Shown here piece by piece: positions 38,467 through 47,829 of a stretch of DNA of 64,000 nucleotides. Source of the DNA: a virus. The position numbers and the translations under genes were made by a program. The notes under the pieces were generated by a model, which saw only the letters and a program-made list of their open reading frames with translations, had not been told where the DNA came from and ran no database searches. The stretch covers positions 32,001 to 96,000 of the IMG/VR virus record IMGVR_UViG_3300035696_000016; one strand, given 5' to 3'. How positions within the stretch are numbered: position 1 is the stretch's first letter; each line of letters starts with the position of its first letter.

Positions 38467-38688
38467 GTGAGGTATTGCTTCCTATTGCTATGTTTTCTAT
38501 GCGATTGCGGTGGAACATTCAAAATCTATGATGACACGCGTGTAGGCTCGTATAGAAGCGACAATGGGCAGTTTTCTTGTCGTGCTAACACTTGTTGCTA
38601 CCCATACAAAGAAAAACTTATGATATGTCTTGTTCCTGATATGTATGGAGCAGCAGTTGCGGTGAAATATACACCGTCAAAGAAATAG
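38467..38688 (+). CDS. small Cys-rich exported/lipoprotein-like protein
   Basis: Hydrophobic N-terminus followed by CGG; multiple Cys. Confidence 0.45.
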   Translation: MRYCFLLLCFLCDCGGTFKIYDDTRVGSYRSDNGQFSCRANTCCYPYKEKLMICLVPDMYGAAVAVKYTPSKK

Positions 38689-38689
38689 G

Positions 38690-39445
38690 TTATTTAACCA
38701 TAGACACAAAACCAACGCCGACAGTAAAGTTTTTCATATTGGCTGGAAGAATGCTATAAGCAAATTGTTGAAAGTTTTTCTCAATTTTGTCTTGTATATC
38801 TTGTGGTATAATTTTAGATAGATTTATAGTAGCCCATATCTTTTTATTTTGAATATCTATCGATACGTTAATATCTGATGTTCCTTGAACATAACTTGGA
38901 ACAACAGCCATTAATCTATTCATAAGTTTTTCTTTTAACCAATTAGGATCAATGGATTGTGTTGCAAGGCTTGTTAACGCTGCCTTGCGTGAAGCAAACT
39001 TACTTGTAGATTGTTTTACTGCTTGACCAAGCAAATATACAGCGCTTTCTCGATCGCTTGCGATACTCATAACTAAATCGTCTAACCCTAATGATAGCTT
39101 GCCTTCCTTTTTGACCGTGTCATAAAACGACTGGCTAAATTGTAAAAATTGTTTTTCAATCTCGATGGAGGTTTCCATAGGATCATCACCACTGATTTTT
39201 TCTAAAATCTTATGGATAAATTGTAATTGAAGTTGAGGGTCGAGGGCATCGCTACCAAATAGCCCAATCATTCGTTCGGCTGCACTATCAGCATTTTCAG
39301 ATGAGCTCTTGTATATTCTTTCGAATAAAAGATGATCCCCATAAAATGTTTTACCTTTTGTAATCCAATGTGAATTTTGATGGGTTAAATATATTGCTCG
39401 CAAATATGCAACATATAAATTGGCTAATTCTTCGATCGTTTTCAT
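38690..39445 (-). CDS. Dps/ferritin-like protein (DUF5856-like) with C-terminal extension
   Basis: HQNSHWITKGKTFYGDHLLFERIY...D..AERMIG. Confidence 0.8.
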   Translation of the reverse strand: MKTIEELANLYVAYLRAIYLTHQNSHWITKGKTFYGDHLLFERIYKSSSENADSAAERMIGLFGSDALDPQLQLQFIHKILEKISGDDPMETSIEIEKQFLQFSQSFYDTVKKEGKLSLGLDDLVMSIASDRESAVYLLGQAVKQSTSKFASRKAALTSLATQSIDPNWLKEKLMNRLMAVVPSYVQGTSDINVSIDIQNKKIWATINLSKIIPQDIQDKIEKNFQQFAYSILPANMKNFTVGVGFVSMVK

Positions 39446-39556
39446 TCTAATGCCTTGAATATATGCTATAATATACCTAAAATTATTTTACAGTAATTGT
39501 AGTAAAAATAATATATTTAGAAAAAAATTATTTAAAGTATGTTAATTTACTTCCCA

Positions 39557-39585
39557 TTGACATATATTTTGCAAAATCATATTAT
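39557..39585 (+). promoter_or_regulatory. near-consensus sigma70 promoter
   Basis: TTGACA 39557-39562, 17 nt, TATTAT 39580-39585. Confidence 0.65.
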
Positions 39586-39616
39586 CAATCAAAATGCTCG
39601 GGGAAAGAAACCTATT

Positions 39617-39689
39617 GAGGGAGTAAGAGGGAGTTAAGGGAAAATAGGGTTAACAGTTAAGAGTTAACGTTAAGACAACGTTAAGTTAA
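39617..39689 (+). repeat. purine-rich intergenic repeat tract: GAGGGAGT x2 and seven GTTAA copies
   Basis: GTTAA at 39633, 39649, 39656, 39663, 39669, 39680, 39685. Confidence 0.8.
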
Positions 39690-39721
39690 AGACGAGTTTT
39701 AGTGATATAGAATAGATCTAA

Positions 39722-39994
39722 ATGCTCGAAGATCTACCTATCTCACTTAAACATATACTTCCAATTGTTGATCGTGTTCATTCTCGATACCCTACGATAT
39801 CTAAAATAGAAGTTATTTTAATTATTAAATCATTATTAGAAGTTATTAGAGAATTGTTAGTTTTAGGAAAAATTGTCTCGATCAACGATTTATTCGATCA
39901 CGCACATGTAATATTTTATATTATTGAAAGAAGAAATGGTAAATCTTTTCCATCAGTAAAAATTAGAGTTCAGACACCGAGGGATATGAGATGA
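39722..39994 (+). CDS. HU/IHF-like DNA-binding protein (divergent)
   Basis: ISKIEV..IIKSLLEVIRELLVLGKIVSINDL matches the HU helix-strand layout. Confidence 0.45.
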   Translation: MLEDLPISLKHILPIVDRVHSRYPTISKIEVILIIKSLLEVIRELLVLGKIVSINDLFDHAHVIFYIIERRNGKSFPSVKIRVQTPRDMR

Positions 39995-40146
39995 TTAGGA
40001 AATGGACTAACAGTAATTAGTATCAGGGATCTATTGGAGATAATTGTAGGTTCTGGGCGGAAAAAGAAACAAGGATAAATAAAAGTTATAGTTCTATTGA
40101 GTTTACTTTTAAAGACGGAAAAATAATTACAAAAGAACATGAATAT

Positions 40147-40467
40147 ATGACGATTGATAAACTTATAGAGATAGCAAAAAAAATATCTTTTACTAATATA
40201 AGGAAAGTTATGGAAGAAGAAAATATACAAGAAAATATAAAGCATTTTTCCGATGAAAAATTATGTGAAATTATTGTTTCTAACCGCTATCTTGGGGTGC
40301 TGCGAGACGCAGCGCTCGCTTGCATGGATGAACTATCAGCACGACGAGTTGCTGGAAATGTTTTTCCATATGAGAAAAGAATTGAAGAATTGCTTGCTTC
40401 GCTTCCTAAAATTAATATAGACTTAAAAAGTATTATGAATCCAAACAAATTGGGACGAATAATATGA
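40147..40467 (+). CDS. hypothetical protein
   Basis: ORF track. Confidence 0.65.
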   Translation: MTIDKLIEIAKKISFTNIRKVMEEENIQENIKHFSDEKLCEIIVSNRYLGVLRDAALACMDELSARRVAGNVFPYEKRIEELLASLPKINIDLKSIMNPNKLGRII

Positions 40468-40970
40468 ATCAAAGATTAAAAAAAGAAATCATTCTAAACA
40501 TATTTAATGTGATGGGAGTATTCAGGGACAAAACCAATTTTTCGGCATCGACGCTGATCGAACCGTTGATCGAAGAAAAGTTTCTTTTGGATAAAAAACT
40601 TTCTTTTGAGATCGAAGATGGGACGAAACGCGAAAATCAGGTTTTTGCTGCGACGACAAAAATTGACGGGAATATGATTAAAGTGATGATCGCAGATATT
40701 ATTGATGAAATCCCCGAGTATGCAATAATAATGCAGATGGATAACTTTCCATCGATCGCAATGCGTCTTTCGTTGGAAGACGACGATTATGGAACTATGA
40801 CGTTTCATATCGAAAATAAATGGATAGAAATTGGCACGAGCGCGCAGGCACGCGTGTTAATGGGAATTGAAAACTTAAGCGAGATTTTTGCTGCTTGGGA
40901 AAGAATGATCGACTATAAAGATATGTATAGTGTTTTAATTAGTTTTCTTAATTATGTCGAAGGTATATAG
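40464..40970 (+). CDS. hypothetical protein
   Basis: ORF track, ATGA overlap. Confidence 0.7.
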   Translation: MNQRLKKEIILNIFNVMGVFRDKTNFSASTLIEPLIEEKFLLDKKLSFEIEDGTKRENQVFAATTKIDGNMIKVMIADIIDEIPEYAIIMQMDNFPSIAMRLSLEDDDYGTMTFHIENKWIEIGTSAQARVLMGIENLSEIFAAWERMIDYKDMYSVLISFLNYVEGI

Positions 40971-41221
40971 TGTGTCATCGTTGTAATGGTTTTACAGGCA
41001 GGAAAGATATACTTGAATACTATCGTTCATTTATTACTGATGGTTATATAACTATAAAAGATTTTATTAAATTGAAAAATTACACGGATGAATATCCATT
41101 CATAATACAAAATGTCATAGAGATGGATTTTTATACGGTATTTAGCACTGATATTCAGCCAGAAGAGTTGTTTCCAGATTTAACAAAAGAACGATTAGAA
41201 AAATTATTGGTGTTGCTATGA
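40970..41221 (+). CDS. accessory protein, C-terminal tag (EKLLVLL)
   Basis: Tag. Confidence 0.55.
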   Translation: MCHRCNGFTGRKDILEYYRSFITDGYITIKDFIKLKNYTDEYPFIIQNVIEMDFYTVFSTDIQPEELFPDLTKERLEKLLVLL

Positions 41222-41463
41222 GAGCATACTTGTATCCTTGGGAAAAATTAGTAATAAATGATCGACATTCATATAAACGACGCGTTCATAACGGTGGTGT
41301 ATATTTTGTGGTGCATTCCGCAAATCAATGGTGGGCTTGGAACGCTGATACTTGTGAAAGTATTCCGTATGAAACTGCCGAAGAAGCAATGAATGCGTAT
41401 GATGATTGTCTTCGTAAATTAGGATACATATTGTTAACGGAAGAAACGATGTTATTGTTATGA
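41218..41463 (+). CDS. paralog family A, tag EETMLLL
   Basis: YLYPW...TAEEAM..D..L...GYILLT. Confidence 0.7.
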   Translation: MRAYLYPWEKLVINDRHSYKRRVHNGGVYFVVHSANQWWAWNADTCESIPYETAEEAMNAYDDCLRKLGYILLTEETMLLL

Positions 41464-41681
41464 ATACCGATGAAATTATTGAAGCTATGATAGCAGGCAG
41501 TAGAAGTCGTGCTATTAAATATATTATTAATGACTATCGATGGTATAAAAAAGAAATTAATAATAAGAGAAGTCTAAAATCTTTTTGTAGTGATCTATAT
41601 AATGCGGAGACCAGCAACAAATTAATGAAAAAATATAATCTATCAGTTGAGGACATAGAAAAATATATGTTATTGCTATGA
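41460..41681 (+). CDS. accessory protein, paralog of 41678, tag EKYMLLL
   Basis: SRSRAIKYIINDY...LMKKYNLSVEDI. Confidence 0.65.
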   Translation: MNTDEIIEAMIAGSRSRAIKYIINDYRWYKKEINNKRSLKSFCSDLYNAETSNKLMKKYNLSVEDIEKYMLLL

Positions 41682-41896
41682 TTGAAAACATAGATTCTTT
41701 TGAAATTAAAACGCGTCAGGATGCCATTAAGTGGCTACTATACGATTATAAGTTATTTTTAGATACAAGCACCGGTTCATTCGGAGAATATATTGAAGGT
41801 AATAGTTATGATTTTTATAATCAGTTGGCTGATCAGGTAATGCGAGACTGGGATATTACTATCGAAGAAGTAGAGAAATATTTAATATTAAAATGA
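41678..41896 (+). CDS. accessory protein, paralog of 41460, tag EKYLILK
   Basis: TRQDAIKWLLYDY...VMRDWDITIEEV. Confidence 0.65.
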   Translation: MIENIDSFEIKTRQDAIKWLLYDYKLFLDTSTGSFGEYIEGNSYDFYNQLADQVMRDWDITIEEVEKYLILK

Positions 41897-42198
41897 AACC
41901 AAATCATTATACAAAACGCCAATTATTCCAATTAGTCATCAATAAACTAAAAGGAAAACATATCCATAAATATCATACCATATCAGTAATCAATATATTC
42001 ATTGATGAGATGATTAATGAGTTAAAATCCGGCAATAAAATAAAGATAGATAATTTTGCTACGTTCCAATTAAATCAATTAAAACCTAAAATGGTATGGA
42101 GTTATGTTTCCAAAAAAATGATGATGGGTCGAGCAGTTAAAGCGATGAGAATAAAGTTAGATAAAAAATTAAAAAAATATCTTTTGAACGATGCGTAG
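41893..42198 (+). CDS. HU/IHF-family DNA-binding protein
   Basis: TKRQL...VINIFIDEMINELKSGNKIKIDNFATF. Confidence 0.75.
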   Translation: MKPNHYTKRQLFQLVINKLKGKHIHKYHTISVINIFIDEMINELKSGNKIKIDNFATFQLNQLKPKMVWSYVSKKMMMGRAVKAMRIKLDKKLKKYLLNDA

Positions 42199-42610
42199 AA
42201 AACATAGACAGACATATTTTATATGTAGTGTTATTAAAGATAACAGATTGATATCTATTCCTATTGAAGCAGAAACAGAAGAGATAGCGTCAGTTGTTTT
42301 TAAACAACAAATTGGCATTGTGCCAGAGATTATACTCGGTGCATTCTATAAGAAAAAACGATCCAAAAAAGAATTAAAACCGAGGTTAGAAAAACCAAAG
42401 TTAGAAAAACGAAAAGGGATAAAACGATCTGGTTTAAGATTAAAGCCATTAAATGGCAATCGTGGAACATATGATGGATGGGATATAACTTATATTCCTA
42501 CAAATGATGATAATAAAGTGTTTGTCTTTTACAACAAAAGACTTGATAATATAAAAATACCAAAACCAAGAAACAATATAGTTAATGTTAAGGATATAAT
42601 AATAAAATGA
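42191..42610 (+). CDS. basic hypothetical protein
   Basis: ORF track. Confidence 0.6.
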   Translation: MRRKHRQTYFICSVIKDNRLISIPIEAETEEIASVVFKQQIGIVPEIILGAFYKKKRSKKELKPRLEKPKLEKRKGIKRSGLRLKPLNGNRGTYDGWDITYIPTNDDNKVFVFYNKRLDNIKIPKPRNNIVNVKDIIIK

Positions 42611-42957
42611 AAAAATCATTCATAAAACAGATGAAGCAAAAATTAATTGCTCAAAAAACAGAAATACTCGAAAAATGCAAAAGACATAATGCAGAGATAG
42701 ATGTTTTTGGTGATGAAATAGACAGGATACAAGCCTCCGTTATTGCACTTGCAGATGCTCGTCTTGCAAATCGAGATAAAGATAATCTTGCTAAAATTGA
42801 AGCAACATTGAAACGCATTGATGAAAATACATTCGGTGAATGCCAAGAATGCAATGAAGATATTGATGAAAAACGGTTGATGATAAATCCTGCGTTCATT
42901 ACTTGTATATCTTGTGCAGAACATTTAGAGATGCTGAAAAGAAAACACGGAGGATAA
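42607..42957 (+). CDS. dksA: DksA/TraR C4 Zn-finger transcription factor
   Basis: Coiled coil with GDEID tip; KIEATLKRID..TFGECQECNEDIDEKRL...CISC. Confidence 0.85.
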   Translation: MKKSFIKQMKQKLIAQKTEILEKCKRHNAEIDVFGDEIDRIQASVIALADARLANRDKDNLAKIEATLKRIDENTFGECQECNEDIDEKRLMINPAFITCISCAEHLEMLKRKHGG

Positions 42958-42970
42958 GGATACTAATAAA

Positions 42971-43002
42971 GTGATATATAAAGTATATCACAATTTTGTG
43001 AT
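42971..43002 (+). promoter_or_regulatory. overlapping inverted repeats (candidate RHH operator) over a TGATATA promoter motif
   Basis: GTGATATA-taaag-TATATCAC (42971-42991) and ATCACAA-tt-TTGTGAT (42987-43002). Confidence 0.65.
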
Positions 43003-43017
43003 GCCGAAAGGAACAGA

Positions 43018-43509
43018 ATGTTAGTATCAAAATTGCTTCGTATTGAGGAAAAGTTAGTTGAGCAGATAGAAGAATTAGCAAAAAAGATGTCAGAAACGGA
43101 ATATACTTCGTTTTCAGCGTTGGCAAGAAAATTGATCAAAAACGGATTAAAGATGTTGCCACATAAAGGACAAAAAACTAATATAATTAGTATTCCGCGA
43201 GTTCATTATTCTGGATTAAATCCTAATGAGAATTTAAAGGATCAGGAAATGGACAATATATTGGGCGCGTTAGATTGTTATTATGATTGTATGTTTGCAG
43301 AACACAAAAGCACCGAAAGCGATGAGGGAGAAATAAAGAAAAATCATTTAATGATTGAATGGCGATCAGACGATCATAATGGCGACCATTTTGGGGTTGG
43401 TATAACACCAATTGATTATTTAAATAATGGCGACGAGATTTATATAGGACTTCCTAATTTATATAAATTAATTGTTATTACGAAAAATGATAATGAAGCC
43501 GGTGGCTAA
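43018..43509 (+). CDS. N-terminal ribbon-helix-helix protein
   Basis: SKLLRIEEKLVEQIEELAKK...SFSALARKLIKNGL. Confidence 0.65.
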   Translation: MLVSKLLRIEEKLVEQIEELAKKMSETEYTSFSALARKLIKNGLKMLPHKGQKTNIISIPRVHYSGLNPNENLKDQEMDNILGALDCYYDCMFAEHKSTESDEGEIKKNHLMIEWRSDDHNGDHFGVGITPIDYLNNGDEIYIGLPNLYKLIVITKNDNEAGG

Positions 43510-43529
43510 TAATCCTGCATATTTAGGAT

Positions 43530-44915
43530 ATGCCACAGCAAGGAAACAGACAAAAAGACCCTCGCCAGATGCAGTTGCGTCAGCAAAAGAAGCAATGGAG
43601 CGCTTCCGTTTCTGCGTTAATATCTAAATTGATAGAATATAAAAAGGGATTGAATGGTCGTGGTTCGGCAAAAATCGGAATTGAGCCATCAAAAATTCAA
43701 AATCCGTTGCCCGAATCAGTTTCCTCCACGCTATCCCAATTAACTGGTGAGTTCGCTAAAATTGTGCAGGATGCAGAACAAATAATTGCAGCACAACAGA
43801 ATTATTCAGCCACTCGCAGGAAACGACAGCCAAAGAAGCCAAAAGTTCCACAACAAAATGTGCAAGCCCCTGCACCAACAGCAGAAGCACCTGCGACACC
43901 AGAAGCACCAGCAGAAAATCCGCTGGCACGAATTGGTTCATTTAATGCAGAAATTGAAAAACTTGCATCAAATAAGTTAACGAGGTTTTGGCAATATCTA
44001 ACTTCCGTCTTTTCACGGAAAGAATATAATCGTCATAGATTAGGAATGCTTAGTCTTTCTGCAAAATTATTTTATGATCTGCTGGATTTTGAGAATAGTA
44101 TTCTCAGGACAGGTGAAAAAACTATTCCTGACACAATGAATAAGTTTCAGAATATGAAAAATACTTGTATTGCATTAAAAAAACTATTCGAGAATGTTGC
44201 TAAAACATTAGCAGATAAAGCCCAAAAAGAAGGTGTAAAACCTCCCGTGGAAGAAGCAAAGCCTGCTGCATCAGAACAAAAACCGGCAAAACCGCAAGTA
44301 ATAAATCTCGATGAAGAAGAGGAAGACGAGAGCGATCCTAATGGTATTTATATAAACCAGTTAAAGCATAACATAAATACATTGAATAATAAGAAACAAG
44401 TTCATCCTAAAAATCTACAAGAGATTATTCATATGATAAATGAATATCAAAAAGAAAAAGATCAACACGCAAAAGATTTATGGTTTAAACAAATTAAAGA
44501 AGAGTATAATAATTTAATGTTTTCACTGAAAAATAAAAAAGCAGATATATTCAATGATAATATGGTAAAAGTTTCTCATAATGCATTGACAAGATTTTTA
44601 CACAAGCAATTAGTAAAAGCAAAATCATATGATAAAACTGCTGCACCAAGATTACAAGCAGCAGATTTAACGACAGCGACAAAAAAGACGATCAAAAGAT
44701 TGATGGATGTTTTAGAAAAAGATCTTTCCGTTGAGGAAACGAGTAAATTGCTTGGAGAGATTGAAAATAAAATTATTGAAGTTGGAAACTTAGTTTCAAT
44801 TTTGAGCGTGTTATATAAAGAAAGATTTTCTGGTGAAAATCACGAGAGTGATAAAGATCTTGATATAGCGCTTCGTAGGCGTGTGCGCAGGGACTTGCTA
44901 CAAGGTATGATGTAA
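43530..44915 (+). CDS. multi-domain helical protein, possibly virion-associated
   Basis: Pro/Ala linkers; internal repeat KLASNKLTRF / KVSHNALTRF. Confidence 0.7.
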   Translation: MPQQGNRQKDPRQMQLRQQKKQWSASVSALISKLIEYKKGLNGRGSAKIGIEPSKIQNPLPESVSSTLSQLTGEFAKIVQDAEQIIAAQQNYSATRRKRQPKKPKVPQQNVQAPAPTAEAPATPEAPAENPLARIGSFNAEIEKLASNKLTRFWQYLTSVFSRKEYNRHRLGMLSLSAKLFYDLLDFENSILRTGEKTIPDTMNKFQNMKNTCIALKKLFENVAKTLADKAQKEGVKPPVEEAKPAASEQKPAKPQVINLDEEEEDESDPNGIYINQLKHNINTLNNKKQVHPKNLQEIIHMINEYQKEKDQHAKDLWFKQIKEEYNNLMFSLKNKKADIFNDNMVKVSHNALTRFLHKQLVKAKSYDKTAAPRLQAADLTTATKKTIKRLMDVLEKDLSVEETSKLLGEIENKIIEVGNLVSILSVLYKERFSGENHESDKDLDIALRRRVRRDLLQGMM

Positions 44916-45307
44916 TGGATTACATAAAAATATCAGATAAAAAGTTTCCAGTTTTACTCGCAATATCATCCGATGAGCAACAACGAGGACTTATGCATCG
45001 TGAGCCACCGTTGCCAAATATGTGTTTTCCTTCGAGAATACCACAAATCAGAAGATTTTGGATGAAATCAGTGAAGGCGGATCTTGACATAATATTCTGC
45101 CTTAAAAACAAAATATCTTCTATATGGAGAGGCGAAGCGGGTTCCACTGCTATGATTGGAAATGATGACCCATGCGATTTAGTAATAGAAATGCCTTACG
45201 GCACCTGCAAATCATCAGGAATAACGGTGGGCTCCGAAATTAATTTAGAATTGTCAAAGGAAGCCGAAATGAAAATTCTTATGCTAAAAACAGGATTAAT
45301 TTTCTAA
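44915..45307 (+). CDS. DUF192-domain protein
   Basis: EQQRGLMHR, FWMK, LDIIF, VIEMPYG. Confidence 0.85.
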   Translation: MDYIKISDKKFPVLLAISSDEQQRGLMHREPPLPNMCFPSRIPQIRRFWMKSVKADLDIIFCLKNKISSIWRGEAGSTAMIGNDDPCDLVIEMPYGTCKSSGITVGSEINLELSKEAEMKILMLKTGLIF

Positions 45308-45345
45308 CCGTTGGCACAAAATCTTCCACGATCTAAATTGATTGT

Positions 45346-46359
45346 ATGGAAGAAATAAATAAATTAAATTCGATATTAAAATCATTCAAAATTAAAGCAG
45401 AGTGTGTAAGATATACAAAGATTAGGAATATAGCACTATACGATATGTTGCTCATGCCATTGACGCGTGTTCAGCATATTGAAAAATATGTTTCAGAGTT
45501 GGCTATCGCATTAAAACTTAAGTCTATACCAGTAATTAGATCTATTCCAGAAGAAGGGGTTGTTAGATTAGAAGCCATAGAAGAAGCACCGCACAAAATA
45601 TCATTTTTCGATAAAATTGATAAATTAGGTGTTCCGTCAGATATGGATGTTCCAATGTATTTAGGTTCGAGTATTTATGGAAAGGAAATATTTACAGACT
45701 TAAGTCGCCATCCTCATACGCTTGTGGGAGGGGCAACGGGAAGCGGTAAATCGGTATTTTTGTCAATAATTATGGCTAATGCATTGAGATTAATAAATAC
45801 AGATATTTTTGTTATTGATACCAAGCGTATAGAGTTCGAGCCATATAAATGTTTTGGTAATGTAAAGGTTGCTAATGATTTTACAGAAGCAATGGATATG
45901 GTTGAATATCTTAATAGAGAAATGGTATGTAGATATGAAATGAAAAGCCATCAGTTGGACATGCAATTTAATAATATAATTTTTATTATAGATGAGATGG
46001 CAGATATCGTTTTGAGCGATGAAGAAAAGATTTTTAGCAAGGCATTATGTGTTCTTGCTCAAAAGTGCAGAAGCGCTGGCATATATATTGTTGCAGCCAC
46101 TCAAAGACCCAGTGTAGATATTGTGTCAGGATCCATCAAAGCCAATCTATCTTCGCGTATAGCGTTTCAGACTGCATCGCACATAGATAGCAAAGTAATA
46201 CTCGACACAGTTGGAGCGGAAGATCTCGCCGGACAAGGAGATTGTATTATTAGAAATTACAATAATGATTTTTTGAGATTGCAAGTAGCATATACAACGC
46301 CAGAAGAGATATGCGATCGGTATAGTAATTTTAGTTTTAATTTAATGAGGCAAAAATGA
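45346..46359 (+). CDS. FtsK/SpoIIIE-family ATPase (motor domain only)
   Basis: PHTLVGGATGSGKS, IIDEMAD, AQKCRSAGI..VAATQRPS, GAEDL.G.GD. Confidence 0.92.
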   Translation: MEEINKLNSILKSFKIKAECVRYTKIRNIALYDMLLMPLTRVQHIEKYVSELAIALKLKSIPVIRSIPEEGVVRLEAIEEAPHKISFFDKIDKLGVPSDMDVPMYLGSSIYGKEIFTDLSRHPHTLVGGATGSGKSVFLSIIMANALRLINTDIFVIDTKRIEFEPYKCFGNVKVANDFTEAMDMVEYLNREMVCRYEMKSHQLDMQFNNIIFIIDEMADIVLSDEEKIFSKALCVLAQKCRSAGIYIVAATQRPSVDIVSGSIKANLSSRIAFQTASHIDSKVILDTVGAEDLAGQGDCIIRNYNNDFLRLQVAYTTPEEICDRYSNFSFNLMRQK

Positions 46360-46544
46360 CAAATAAAAGATTAGAAAAATTAGCAGACGAATGTTTCGAT
46401 GAATTGCGTGGAATGCAAGGTCGTGCTGCCTATGATGTAATTTTACGCTATCTAACAGAAGTTAATAAAATAAATCAAAAAGAAATAGATAGCGCGAATA
46501 GTGATATAGATAATTTACAAATCAATACAGATCGTGGTTATTAG
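46356..46544 (+). CDS. hypothetical protein
   Basis: ORF track. Confidence 0.5.
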   Translation: MTNKRLEKLADECFDELRGMQGRAAYDVILRYLTEVNKINQKEIDSANSDIDNLQINTDRGY

Positions 46545-46552
46545 GAAATAAT

Positions 46553-47335
46553 ATGGCTCGTGCTTGGAGACCCGCATACGCATGCACATACGTGATATCC
46601 GATATATGTGGTAATGCTGCTTCGTTGGAAGTAATACTAAATCGTATCTTTCCATTGCGATTTTCCGAGGATCAGCAAGACCGTTGTATATTTTTAGGAA
46701 ATTACATCGATAAGTTTGATTATGGTTGTGATGTGATTGAATTACTAATTAGAGTAAAACAAGAATATAATAATGATAAAGTAATTTTCCTTCGAGGAAA
46801 GCACGATGAGTTAATGCTTCGGGCATTCCACGGTGGAGAGGTAGATTTTAATTTATGGATGGAGGCTAGTGGTAGAACAACAATCGCTGGATACCTAAAA
46901 AATGCAAAATCAAAAGCATCACCATATGATATCAATAGAAATAGATTGAAAGATTTAATTCCGAATACTCACATAGAGTTTTTACAACACACAGATCATT
47001 ATTATATTATTGATCAGTATTGTATTTTCAATAGCGGTTTTAATGTAAAACAATCTATAAAAGAAAATAACTTAAATAATTTTTGTTTTGATACAACGAG
47101 CAGTAAATATATAAAAGATTGCATTAGAAATAAAATTGAGCCAAGTTTTATAGATCCGTATATTTTTATTGGATCAAATAACTATCAAGGAAAAGAGCCG
47201 TTCATTCATCCAAAATATATGATGCTCGGCGGAACTGACAAGATAATTATTTTAGAATTAAATAGTATGGAGATGTCAGCCATATCTAATGGTAAATCAA
47301 GAATATATAAATATAACTATGATGTGGTAGAATAA
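46553..47335 (+). CDS. PPP-family Ser/Thr phosphatase-like protein with degenerate metal ligands
   Basis: SDICG, LGNYIDK, LRGKHD correspond to DxHG, GDxxDR, GNHE. Confidence 0.75.
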   Translation: MARAWRPAYACTYVISDICGNAASLEVILNRIFPLRFSEDQQDRCIFLGNYIDKFDYGCDVIELLIRVKQEYNNDKVIFLRGKHDELMLRAFHGGEVDFNLWMEASGRTTIAGYLKNAKSKASPYDINRNRLKDLIPNTHIEFLQHTDHYYIIDQYCIFNSGFNVKQSIKENNLNNFCFDTTSSKYIKDCIRNKIEPSFIDPYIFIGSNNYQGKEPFIHPKYMMLGGTDKIIILELNSMEMSAISNGKSRIYKYNYDVVE

Positions 47336-47548
47336 ATGCTGAAAACCGATCATTCTATTCATTGTATGTGCCGTAATAAAAAACTAAATTGCTACATTGC
47401 AAGCAATAGTGATATTTTTGTATGGGCATGTTTTATTAATAATAAAACTGAAATACATCTTAAGAAACAGCAGTATTCAATATCCAAATATATAGAAGCG
47501 AACAGTCTTTCAGAAGAATATATAGAAAAATTATTATTACTGATATGA
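47336..47548 (+). CDS. accessory protein, C-terminal tag (EKLLLLI)
   Basis: Tag. Confidence 0.55.
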   Translation: MLKTDHSIHCMCRNKKLNCYIASNSDIFVWACFINNKTEIHLKKQQYSISKYIEANSLSEEYIEKLLLLI

Positions 47549-47829
47549 AAACCATATTCGTTGCTAATTGTCCAAGATGCTTAAAACCATTGCATAGAGC
47601 GTTTTCTAACGGTGTAGAGATACATTGTAAATGTGGGTATCTATTAAATAGTATAGATTCTAAGATAGAATGTTCCTATTATTACAGAGGATATTTTATT
47701 TTTTCATCGGAACGAATTGGTGAAACTGCGTTTCATCCTGATGATGGTAATGATATTAAATGGATTAAAAAAGTTTTAGACCCACTAATAACGAATGAAA
47801 AATTAGATAAGATTTTGTTGTTGATTTAG
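47545..47829 (+). CDS. Zn-ribbon accessory protein, C-terminal tag (DKILLLI)
   Basis: CPRC...CKCG; tag. Confidence 0.6.
   Translation: MKTIFVANCPRCLKPLHRAFSNGVEIHCKCGYLLNSIDSKIECSYYYRGYFIFSSERIGETAFHPDDGNDIKWIKKVLDPLITNEKLDKILLLI

Noticed and set aside
39991-40146. ATG 39991 is in frame with gene 40147 apart from one TAG at 40018-40020, suggesting readthrough
   Set aside because: Single case with no recognisable domain in the extension; more likely a decayed small ORF or chance
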